A stretch of DNA of 53,083 bases, from NCBI GenBank assembly GCA_043744495.1, contig JAYTUN010000162.1, forward strand, positions 1 to 53,083. The letters run 5' to 3'. Origin of the DNA: Ignavibacteria bacterium. GTDB taxonomy: Bacteria > Bacteroidota > Ignavibacteria > Tepidaquicellales > OLB5. The position numbers and the translations under genes are program-made. The notes below the pieces were generated by a model. The model saw nothing but the letters and a program-made list of their open reading frames with translations. It was not told where the DNA came from and did no database searches. This document shows positions 29,368-37,758 of the stretch, one piece after another. Each line of letters opens with the position of its first letter. Within the stretch, counting starts at the first letter, position 1.

Positions 29368-32037
29368 TTATGTTAACACCAAGTACTGGTGTGATGTAAC
29401 CGTACCTTTATCTCTTATTCCATGTGACTCGCAATGCTCGACATTTTCATCAAATATTTCTGCTGCCCTAAACCATTTATTGGCTACTTTCTTTAATTCA
29501 TTTGCCATATCACATTTTACACTTTTACCTAAATGTAACACAAATACTCCATCTTTTTTTAATCGTTCTCTAGCTTGTCTGAAAATTGGTTCATAAATTT
29601 TAAAGCTAACTTTTTGTTTTTCTTCAATAAATGAACTTATTTGTTGTTTGAAGTCTATTTCTTGCCAACCAGCAAACCAAATTCTTAACCAATTTGCAAC
29701 ATAAAATCTAGTACTATCAAAAAATGGTGGCGAAGTTATAATTGCATCTAATTCACAAACTTCTTGTGGCCAAATAGATGTTGCGTCTTGAAGAAATATT
29801 TTTCCTTCTTGAAAAATATTTGGATAACCAGCTTGCAGCACTCGTAATACTTTCTCCTTGAGTTTAGAAACAAGGTTTTTATAAATAAATTCACCTGTGG
29901 GAGCATAAGGAACTATAGGATGTGAGTTTCTGCTCAGAGCATATGGTCTGTTACCATGCAAAATGTGTAGTAATGATGAAATAACTAACATTTCACTTGT
30001 ATTTTTTGGTCTAAATTCTTTAAAAAATCTTCTAGCTAATATGATTTCTTGGAGAGTTTTAGGTTCGTAATAATCAACTAATTTCTTATTAAAGCCAAAA
30101 GCGGTTGTTTCTTCAAGTTCAGTTTTGGTACAATGATTACTTTTAATAAAATTTTCTAATAACTCAATATAATTATAACATTCACGATCTTGTGTCCTGC
30201 CAACTTTTGCTGTAGAAATATAAAATGCAGGTAAACTTATATCAAAACCATAAGAATACAAACCCGATAGGGCACCTTCAAAAGGCAATGTTCCAACACC
30301 TGCAAAAGGATCTAAAAATTTACCATTCTCAGGTATGAACGTTTTTATAAGATTTCTTGCTATCGATGGTTTAAGTTTACCTTGGTATGAACACAGAGAG
30401 TGATTAGGATGCCCCCAATTTCTTTTTGAAAAAGGTAGTTTTTGATGAGGTAATTCTAGTTTAAATTCGTCCCATTTCTGTTGCCAAAACTTTGTCTCAT
30501 AAAGCGTAACTTGCCAAGATTGATTACGTTCATATTGAAAAACTAATAGAGATTGACTCAATACTTGTTTGTTTTTTGAACGTCTTTTCCTTAATAATTT
30601 ATGATTTAATAATTTATAGCCTAAGTCCTTTAAAATTTCCACTAATATCAAATCAGTTTTAATATGTATATTAGAAAAAATGGAATCTCCTATATCTATA
30701 ATAATTTTTGCTTTATCATTTAGTGAAGAAGTCAAATCATTAAAAAAAGTATACATTTCTTCAAAATAACTTTTTGCCATTTTAGGAATTCTTGCATCAT
30801 AAGAGTTCTTTTCTAATTCTGATAAAGTATGCTTCAGATTTGGGCTGATTGAATTTAAACCTAAATAGTCATCCTTTCTAATATCCTTTTTAACATCATT
30901 AATTCCACTGGTTAAAGCCTGATTTCTAAAATGCCTTAAATCTTTTTCATATTGCAAGTGTTTAAGAAACCAAAGCTCTATTTTAGTATTTCTGAAATAA
31001 TTGGTACCATTTAAATATGGAGGGCTTGTAATAATTGCGTCTATCTCTATATTATTTATCTTCCCAATATTCTTAGCGTTTGCTATTATTAATTCTGGTG
31101 ATGAAGTCATGCTAAAATCAAAGTTTAAAATGTCTTCAATCATTTCGTCAATTTTTTTAGGAAGAACTTCTTCTACTGTTTTTAATTCTGTATCAATTTC
31201 TTTTTGTGTTTTGAACCTTACATCTCCGACTTTCTTAAGATATGAAATTGGAAGCAAGCAAGCCAAAACTGCAATGGTTAGAGTATTTCCTAATAAAACA
31301 TTTTGTAGATTAATTTCGTCAATAAGAGATCTGAGTTTTAATATTTCATTGTACGTGTTTTCAGGGAAATAAATACTTTTTGAAAATAAAGTTATATAAT
31401 TATTTTGTAACGCAATATCTATTTTACATTTGTTTATTTTTTTAAGTAAATTCTTTTTTACTTTTGTTAAATCATTTGCAAGCTCAATTCTATCAATATG
31501 GTCTAACTTTAGAATGTGAATTTTAGTAGCAATTAGAAATTGTAATAATGGATTTACTTCTGAATAAAGTACTTTTGTGTTTTCAATATCAGATGCAATT
31601 AATGTCGTACCAGTCCCTGCAAATGGATCATAAATTGTTTTATCTTTTAACCCATATTCTTTAATTAACTCACGTACAAAATTTAATGAATATCCTTCAA
31701 TATAAGGATACCATCTTTGAAATGGCGTACTTTTACTATCTATAAATGTGACATCTCTAGTAATATTGTTTGCATTATCTCTTCTTTTCCCGATCCTTTG
31801 TTTTATAAATCTTTTAATTATTTGATTGACGGAACGATCTTCCTTTTTAGCATATTGCTCTAGCTTTTTATAGCTACTAATTCCAATAAGTTCCCTTATC
31901 TCTTCATTTGTTAAATTATGAATTTCATCAAAATCTTTTTTTTCATTTTCATTATAAGCAACGGTAAATGACTTCGATTGTGACTTAACTGCGGGATAAT
32001 CCCTGAAATAAATTGCTTTGAAAAATTGTTTAGACAT
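29368..32037 (-). CDS. tandem double DNA methyltransferase (two FxGxG + SPP[YF] modules in one 889-aa chain)
   Basis: Module 1 has DPFAGTGTT (about aa 138) and IITSPPYLNG (about aa 337). Module 2 has DPFAGVGTL (about aa 577) and IITSPPFFD (about aa 755). Confidence 0.8.
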   Translation of the reverse strand: MSKQFFKAIYFRDYPAVKSQSKSFTVAYNENEKKDFDEIHNLTNEEIRELIGISSYKKLEQYAKKEDRSVNQIIKRFIKQRIGKRRDNANNITRDVTFIDSKSTPFQRWYPYIEGYSLNFVRELIKEYGLKDKTIYDPFAGTGTTLIASDIENTKVLYSEVNPLLQFLIATKIHILKLDHIDRIELANDLTKVKKNLLKKINKCKIDIALQNNYITLFSKSIYFPENTYNEILKLRSLIDEINLQNVLLGNTLTIAVLACLLPISYLKKVGDVRFKTQKEIDTELKTVEEVLPKKIDEMIEDILNFDFSMTSSPELIIANAKNIGKINNIEIDAIITSPPYLNGTNYFRNTKIELWFLKHLQYEKDLRHFRNQALTSGINDVKKDIRKDDYLGLNSISPNLKHTLSELEKNSYDARIPKMAKSYFEEMYTFFNDLTSSLNDKAKIIIDIGDSIFSNIHIKTDLILVEILKDLGYKLLNHKLLRKRRSKNKQVLSQSLLVFQYERNQSWQVTLYETKFWQQKWDEFKLELPHQKLPFSKRNWGHPNHSLCSYQGKLKPSIARNLIKTFIPENGKFLDPFAGVGTLPFEGALSGLYSYGFDISLPAFYISTAKVGRTQDRECYNYIELLENFIKSNHCTKTELEETTAFGFNKKLVDYYEPKTLQEIILARRFFKEFRPKNTSEMLVISSLLHILHGNRPYALSRNSHPIVPYAPTGEFIYKNLVSKLKEKVLRVLQAGYPNIFQEGKIFLQDATSIWPQEVCELDAIITSPPFFDSTRFYVANWLRIWFAGWQEIDFKQQISSFIEEKQKVSFKIYEPIFRQARERLKKDGVFVLHLGKSVKCDMANELKKVANKWFRAAEIFDENVEHCESHGIRDKGTVTSHQYLVLT

Positions 32038-32140
32038 TAGAAGTACATATAATTTTATGATAGTTACTTCACAATTATAGTCAAATATTTAAACATATTC
32101 AAATTATGTTTAATTTTTTTTTCAATTCTTAATAAATTTC

Positions 32141-32259
32141 GATTCAATTCACAAATCATTATAATATTTAGTCATTTACTTCACAAATTATTATAATATT
32201 TAGTGATTCAATTCACAAATTATTATGATATTTGGTGATTCAATTCACAAAATATTATG
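32141..32259. repeat. 32-bp tandem repeat, 3.7 copies, upstream of the double methyltransferase
   Basis: Units at 32141-32172, 32173-32204 and 32205-32236, with a partial unit at 32237-32259. Consensus gattcaattcacaaattattataatatttagt. A degenerate copy lies at 32062-32090. Confidence 0.9.
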
Positions 32260-32331
32260 TTTTGAAACTAAGTAGTTGATTTTACCCGATTGGAAATGCC
32301 CAAAACAGCGAAATTTTCATAATGAAAATCT

Positions 32332-32838
32332 CTAATCTTCCATTTCTCTTCTTATATTGCGCTGTTCAATGTAATATAAAATTTCATTTAGGGTTTTGGT
32401 TGGAGTGTGCATTGTATTATCAATTGTTATTCCTAAACCGGGATTGTTAACACCTGCTTTGTAATGATATTTAATTCTTTCTATTTCCCATTCAGTCAGT
32501 TCTCTTGTTCCGCGGTTAGTTAATGCATATTCAAGCTTTGGATTTAGCGTAAAGAAAAATCTTTCAATTTCTAACGGCAGGTTTTTATTGAAGTATTCAT
32601 ACTCACATTTACTTAAGGGATAAGTGATAATTACGTTTATATCTTTATTTATAAAATTTTCTGTAAGGTTAAGTGTGTTTTGCAGATTTAAAGGAATTGC
32701 TTCTTCAAGCGGCATCCATTCTAACATTTCATGAAGGGTATCTAATTCAATATGCGCAGTTCGGGGAAATTCATTTTTAAGCAGGTTTGCAATGGTGGTT
32801 TTACCGGAATTGATGGAGCCTGAGAGGAAGATTATCAT
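32332..32838 (-). CDS. small P-loop NTPase / kinase-like protein
   Basis: Walker A LSGSINSGKTT at the N-terminus. The 168-aa size and layout resemble AAA_33/shikimate-kinase-like folds. Substrate unknown. Confidence 0.6.
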   Translation of the reverse strand: MIIFLSGSINSGKTTIANLLKNEFPRTAHIELDTLHEMLEWMPLEEAIPLNLQNTLNLTENFINKDINVIITYPLSKCEYEYFNKNLPLEIERFFFTLNPKLEYALTNRGTRELTEWEIERIKYHYKAGVNNPGLGITIDNTMHTPTKTLNEILYYIEQRNIRREMED

Positions 32839-32886
32839 ATAGAAATAATTATCGCAGTCTGAAGACTTCGGCTACAAAGGAATTGT

Positions 32887-33882
32887 TTAAATACTTAAGC
32901 CTGTTTTTTCCCAGACTTCAGCTTTGGTCTTCGATGCGGTTTCGCGGGCTTTTTCTGCGCCTTTTTTAAGGATATCCTTTACGTAAGCAATATCATTTTT
33001 TAATCTTTCGCGTTCTTCACGGAATGGCTTAAATGTTTCAATAACTTTTTCAAGAAGCATTTTCTTAGCATCGCCATAACCCATGCCTCCTGCCCGGTAG
33101 CGATCAAGCAATGTACGTTTTTCCTCTTCACTTGCAAAGTATGAATACAATTTATAAATAGTATCGGGATCTTTAGGCGCTTCAATTGGTGTGGAATCAG
33201 TCACAATACCCATAACCTGTTTCTTTAACTCTTTATCTGAAGCGAAAATTTCAATTGTATTACCATAGCTCTTGCTCATTTTCTGCCCATCGGTACCAAT
33301 TACAACTGCGACCTCTTCCTGAATATACGGAGCAGGTAACTTAAACACTTCTCCGTATATGCGGTTAAATTTTCCGGCTAAGTCACGGGCAATTTCTACA
33401 TGCTGCTTCTGGTCTTTGCCGACTGGAACAATATCAGGCTTATAGATGAGTATATCAACTGCCATCAAAACGGGATATGTAAAGAGCCCCGCATTAATTT
33501 CTTTGCTTTCCCTTGCAACAGCATCCTTATATGCGTGGGCAAGCTCAAGCATTGGCATTGGTGTTAAGCAGCTTAGGATCCATGTAAGCTCTGCATGCTC
33601 TGGCACATCACTCTGCCGGAAAAATACAGTTTTATTGGGATCGATACCAAGAGCAAGGTAATCAAGCGCAAGATCAAGAATAAGCTCCTGCAGCGTGGTT
33701 TTATTCTTTACAGTTGTTAATGAATGCAGGTCGGCAATAAATATAAAATTTTCATGAGTATCCTGCATGTTAACATGGTTGTGCATCGCGCCAAGATAAT
33801 TGCCTATATGCGCCTTGCCCGAAGGCTTAACGCCGGATAAAATTCTTTTGGTTTTAGATATTGATTCGGAAGGAGAAGCCAT
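32887..33882 (-). CDS. trpS: tryptophan--tRNA ligase
   Basis: A class I HIGH-like GKAHIGNYLGA, KMSKS and a 331-aa TrpRS layout. Confidence 0.93.
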   Translation of the reverse strand: MASPSESISKTKRILSGVKPSGKAHIGNYLGAMHNHVNMQDTHENFIFIADLHSLTTVKNKTTLQELILDLALDYLALGIDPNKTVFFRQSDVPEHAELTWILSCLTPMPMLELAHAYKDAVARESKEINAGLFTYPVLMAVDILIYKPDIVPVGKDQKQHVEIARDLAGKFNRIYGEVFKLPAPYIQEEVAVVIGTDGQKMSKSYGNTIEIFASDKELKKQVMGIVTDSTPIEAPKDPDTIYKLYSYFASEEEKRTLLDRYRAGGMGYGDAKKMLLEKVIETFKPFREERERLKNDIAYVKDILKKGAEKARETASKTKAEVWEKTGLSI

Positions 33883-34400
33883 TATTCTAATTTTTTTTGT
33901 GCAAGAACAATTGCGCCAACTATGGCTGCAAGCAAAACGAATGAAACAAGCTCAAACGGGAATGAATATGTAGTGTAAAGCTCCTTACCAACAGATTGTA
34001 TTGTTCCCATAACTTCAGCATTGGGATGCATAGTTTTGAACTTCCCGAAGAATGCGAAAAATGCGGTTATGCCAAGTGAACAGAAAAGAAGCAGAGCAAG
34101 TATTACAGCAGAGATCTTTTTATACGTTAGGGCTTTAGTAAACTTCTTTTCGCCGCTTAGATTCAGAAGCATTATAACGAATAGGAATAGCACCATAATG
34201 GCTCCTGCATATACAAGTATTTGTATAATTGCGACAAATTGCGCGCGAAGCATAAGGTAAATTCCCGAAATTGCAAAGAAATTTACAATTAGATAAAGCG
34301 CGCTTGTGATAGGGTTGCGCCTTGTTATCATTAATATTGCCGAGCCTAATGCCAGGATGGCAAATAAAAGGATCATAATATTTTCAGCATTCCACTTCAT
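33882..34400 (-). CDS. nuoJ: NADH-quinone oxidoreductase subunit J-like membrane protein (stand-alone)
   Basis: NPITSALYLIVNFFAISGIYLMLRAQFVAIIQILVYAGAIMVLFLFVIMLL closely follows the NuoJ/ND6 consensus. Its stop overlaps the trpS ATG (TAATG). Confidence 0.75.
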   Translation of the reverse strand: MKWNAENIMILLFAILALGSAILMITRRNPITSALYLIVNFFAISGIYLMLRAQFVAIIQILVYAGAIMVLFLFVIMLLNLSGEKKFTKALTYKKISAVILALLLFCSLGITAFFAFFGKFKTMHPNAEVMGTIQSVGKELYTTYSFPFELVSFVLLAAIVGAIVLAQKKLE

Positions 34401-34550
34401 TGTAGTAGTAAAAAAATTGAGAAAGAAATAATTTTAGAAGATAATCGTGCCACGAAATTAATCTTTTTGGTATTCGTTCGATAGGTTAGAAATTTCTTTT
34501 CAACCTGGCACATCAGAAAAATCTATTCGTGGCACGAACGATGAAGCAAG

Positions 34551-34620
34551 TGCCCGGAGCTCGGCAGTTGCCGAACACATGAGATATTATCCCAATCCCG
34601 CTTTAGCGGGACGCGCCGAC
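34551..34620 (-). pseudogene. 3' tRNA-Leu-like fragment carrying the same GC hairpin and a degenerate T arm
   Basis: Minus strand reads GGTCGGCGCG-TCCCGCTAAAGCGGGA-TTGGGATAATATCTCA-TGTGT-TCGGCAACTGCCGA-GCTCCGGGCA. It shares a 36-nt identical block with 35043-35078 and lies 43 nt downstream of the intact tRNA. Confidence 0.75.
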
Positions 34621-34663
34621 CAAAGATTAATATTATACAATAAAATTAATCTTAAGTTTGTTG

Positions 34664-34750
34664 TGCCCGGAGCCGGAATCGAACCGGCACTGAGATATTA
34701 TCCCAACAGGATTTTAAGTCCTGCGCGTCTACCAGTTCCGCCATCCGGGC
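34664..34750 (-). tRNA. tRNA-Leu (anticodon UAA), 87 nt, class II long variable arm, no encoded CCA
   Basis: Minus-strand sequence GCCCGGATGGCGGAACTGGTAGACGCGCAGGACTTAAAATCCTGTTGGGATAATATCTCAGTGCCGGTTCGATTCCGGCTCCGGGCA. Perfect acceptor, anticodon (CAGGA/TCCTG, loop CTTAAAA) and T (GCCGG/CCGGC) stems. Confidence 0.95.
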
Positions 34751-34966
34751 AATATTTCAAAGAATTTTCAGCATTTTTAAGCCAAATTGCTGATTTTCTG
34801 CGGCAATAAAAACACATAAATAATAATATTTAATAATTAAATCTAAGCTAAAATTTGGTAGTTTTAGCCTTTAATATCACTTTTTGAGTAAGAACTTCAT
34901 AACTTCATCAATTTTTGTTTTCGGTGTCACCTTAAGTATTCGTGAAGGTTTATAATTGCGGTAAAC
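34751..34966 (-). repeat. diverged tandem duplicate (period 351 bp) of the tRNA upstream region plus the 3' end of the exonuclease-GIY-YIG gene
   Basis: 34751-34861 is nearly identical to 35102-35212. 34877-34966 translates to VYRNYKPSRILKVTPKTKIDEVMKFLLKK-stop, against the intact C-terminus VYRNYKPSRIMKMTVKTKIEDVMKFIIKK. Confidence 0.85.
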
Positions 34967-35034
34967 CTTTCTATCAGGATTACACATTGCAGAGTGTACA
35001 GTTGAGTGTGTAGTATTGTATAAAAACCGCATTT

Positions 35035-35101
35035 ACCGGCACTGAGATATTATCCCAATCCCGCTTTAGCGGGACGCGTCTACCAGTTCCGCCATCCGGG
35101 C
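35035..35101 (-). pseudogene. 5' tRNA-Leu-like fragment with the anticodon arm replaced by a GC hairpin
   Basis: Acceptor 5' strand, D arm and variable arm are identical to the intact gene. The anticodon arm is replaced by TCCCGC-TAAA-GCGGGA. Homology ends inside the T stem (..GTGCCGGT). Confidence 0.85.
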
Positions 35102-35228
35102 AATATTTCAAAGAATTTTCAGCATTTTTAAACCAAATTGCTGATTTTCTGCGGCAATAAAAACACATAAATAATAATATTTTACAGTTAAATCTAACCT
35201 AAAATTTGGTAGTTTCAGTGGAAAAATA

Positions 35229-36998
35229 TCATTTTTTGATAATGAACTTCATTACGTCTTCAATTTTTGTCTTTACGGTCATTTTCATTATGCGGGATGG
35301 CTTGTAGTTCCGGTAAACCCAGTTGGAAATTATCTTAAGAGTATCAATTTCATCTATCTTAAATTTATGATATGCCTTGCTGAAAACGTAATCCTTAAAC
35401 AATGCGCCTGAAAAGTACAGATAATTAATTTCTTCCTTCATGTTTTCAAGCCGGTCACTATCATTCAGAACACTTTCATCAATGCAATAAGTTTTTGCGA
35501 CTTTGCCGTTTACCATTAAGAATATTTCATATAAATTTTTATCAGCATCGTTTTTACATTTAATGATGTAGTTCTGAAACTCAACAATTGAATTTGTAAG
35601 CTCAATATTAAGCATTACTTTTTTAAGGTCGGAAATATTATCTCTTAAGTACGATGCCTGCTCGAAATTCATTTCATCTGCAGCAATTGTCATTTCACGC
35701 TCAAGGAAGCGTACTGCGCCTTCTTCTGAATCCGATAGCAGGAATTTATCAACACGCTTAACTTCCCTGTGATATTCAGGCGTGCCTGAAGTAAAGTTGC
35801 AGGGGGCTCCGCACTGTCCAATTTCATAATACATGCATGTGCTGTGAGATTTTGCAGGTTTTAAGTTAATATCTTCGCACTTTCTTAATTTATAAAGCTT
35901 GTTAATTCGCTCGATAAGGTTGCTTACCGTGAATGAGCTTGAAAAGGGTCCGTAGTATTTTGCTCCGTCCGGAATTATCTCGTAAACCTTCTTTACTTTC
36001 GGGAATGCGCGCTGAATATCAATTTTTATAAAAGGGAACCTGCGGTATGATTTAATTGCAGAGTTAAATCTTGGCTTATGCGATTTTATCATACGGCTTT
36101 CTGTAAGCAGAGCTGAGAGCTCTGAGCCTGTTGTTTCCCAGTCAACCTTGTGTACATAACGTACAAGCTTGCGCACCTTGGATGAGTGTGAAACATTATG
36201 ATAGAAATAAGAGTCCAGGCGTTCCTTCAGGTTCTTGGCTTTGCCTATGTAAATTATTTCTTCTTTTTTATTCAGCATAAAATAGACCCCGGGCTTTTGA
36301 GGAACTGATTTTAAATTTACTTTAAGCTTTTTAAACCTTGCTGTAAGGCGGGTATCGTCATATATTTTTCTGAACTGGAAACCTATTAAATCATCTACAG
36401 TTTCAAACTCAAATTCATTCACAAGCTGGTCTATGAATATCGCAAGTATTGCTGCTGTAGCTTTGGCATCATCAAGCGCGCGGTGTTTGCGGTGACTATG
36501 AATTCCAAAATGGCGGCGGAGTGAATCAAGTGATTTTGAGGGCAATTGCCGGCTCAATCTGCGGGCAAGCCTTGCTGTGCATAATGCAGGGCTATCAAGT
36601 TTGTTATATCCTGCACGAACAAGTGATGCATTCAGGAAACTGTGATCGAACTTAACGTTGTGCCCGCCTAAGATAACACTATCATCACCGGAAGAAATAA
36701 AGGAAAGAATGTCTCCTGCAAGGTCTTCAAAGATTGGCTTTTTATGGACCATTTTATTTGTGATGCCTGTTAACTGTGTAATATATGGTGGGATAAATTC
36801 ACCCGGGTTAATGAGGGTTTCATACTCATCAATAATTTCGCCGCCCCGAAGCTTTACTATGCCAATTTCGGTAATCCGGTTATTAGCGGCGCTTAAGCCC
36901 GTTGTTTCAACATCAAACACTGTGAAAACAGTATCGTGGATTGATATAGCAGTGTTCAACCCCGTTTGGGTGAGAGGTATTTCTTTAGTTTTTTTCAA
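35229..36998 (-). CDS. DnaQ-like 3'-5' exonuclease fused to a GIY-YIG (UvrC/Cho-like) nuclease domain
   Basis: Exo motifs FDVETTGLS, HNVKFDHSFL and HRALDDAKATA, followed by GIY-YIG PGVYFMLNKKEEIIYIGKAKNLKERL. Confidence 0.85.
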   Translation of the reverse strand: MKKTKEIPLTQTGLNTAISIHDTVFTVFDVETTGLSAANNRITEIGIVKLRGGEIIDEYETLINPGEFIPPYITQLTGITNKMVHKKPIFEDLAGDILSFISSGDDSVILGGHNVKFDHSFLNASLVRAGYNKLDSPALCTARLARRLSRQLPSKSLDSLRRHFGIHSHRKHRALDDAKATAAILAIFIDQLVNEFEFETVDDLIGFQFRKIYDDTRLTARFKKLKVNLKSVPQKPGVYFMLNKKEEIIYIGKAKNLKERLDSYFYHNVSHSSKVRKLVRYVHKVDWETTGSELSALLTESRMIKSHKPRFNSAIKSYRRFPFIKIDIQRAFPKVKKVYEIIPDGAKYYGPFSSSFTVSNLIERINKLYKLRKCEDINLKPAKSHSTCMYYEIGQCGAPCNFTSGTPEYHREVKRVDKFLLSDSEEGAVRFLEREMTIAADEMNFEQASYLRDNISDLKKVMLNIELTNSIVEFQNYIIKCKNDADKNLYEIFLMVNGKVAKTYCIDESVLNDSDRLENMKEEINYLYFSGALFKDYVFSKAYHKFKIDEIDTLKIISNWVYRNYKPSRIMKMTVKTKIEDVMKFIIKK

Positions 36999-37069
36999 TT
37001 TTAATCTGATGCAAATTAATTAAATTAAAGATAACTTTGTAAACAAATAATAAGACAATTCAACTTTTA

Positions 37070-37100
37070 AAAAGCTTAACCACGAATGTACACGAATTTT
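37070..37100 (-). repeat. partial F1-like repeat (attcgtg..attcgtggttaagctttt)
   Basis: The reverse complement matches the 3' part of F1 (attcgtggttaa[g]gctttt), with a second attcgtg upstream at a different spacing. Confidence 0.5.
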
Positions 37101-37167
37101 ATTAAGCTTACCCTGAAAATTTAAACAGAAGTTTAATATCAATTGAAAAAAAGTATAAAAATTAATT

Positions 37168-37758
37168 ATGGAAGATAACACTACAGACTTCTGGCAAAAA
37201 AGATGGCTTGAAAACAAGACCGGCTGGGATATTGGCTATGCCGCGCCTCCAATTACAGAGTATGCTGATACTCTTATGGATAAAAGTATGCATATTCTTA
37301 TACCCGGCGCAGGCAATGCATATGAGGCTGAATATTTACATAGGCATGGATTCCGTAATGTGTATGTAATGGATATTACCAAAAAGCCTCTTGAAAATTT
37401 CATGGAGAGAGTTAAAGATTTCCCGAAAGAGCAATTACTTAACGAGAATTTCTTTGAGCATACGGGAGAGTATGACCTAATCATAGAGCAGACTTTTTTT
37501 ATCGCAATAGAACCTGAGCAAAGGAAAAACTATATTGTGAAAATGAATGCGCTCTTAAAGCCCGGGGGACATTTAACGGGCTTACTGATATTTGATGAGG
37601 AGCCCTCGACAGGCGGACCGCCATTTATAGATACAATTGAAAGTTACAGAAAATATTTTGAACCTGCTTTCGCAGTTAAAAAATTTGAAATTGCATATAA
37701 TTCAATTAAGCCAAGAGAGGGAAAGGAGTTGTTTATTGATCTTGTGAAGATGAAATGA
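37168..37758 (+). CDS. TPMT-family SAM-dependent methyltransferase
   Basis: FWQKRWLENKTGWD N-terminal signature and ILIPGAGNAYEAEYL SAM motif. Confidence 0.75.
   Translation: MEDNTTDFWQKRWLENKTGWDIGYAAPPITEYADTLMDKSMHILIPGAGNAYEAEYLHRHGFRNVYVMDITKKPLENFMERVKDFPKEQLLNENFFEHTGEYDLIIEQTFFIAIEPEQRKNYIVKMNALLKPGGHLTGLLIFDEEPSTGGPPFIDTIESYRKYFEPAFAVKKFEIAYNSIKPREGKELFIDLVKMK

Noticed and set aside
32141-32259. CRISPR array
   Set aside because: The 32-bp units are contiguous with no spacers, and there are no cas genes. This is a tandem repeat, not a CRISPR array.
34579-35168. ORFs 34579-34809 (+) and 34980-35168 (-)
   Set aside because: They are read through the tRNA-Leu gene and its duplicated fragments, so they are artefacts of the repeat structure.
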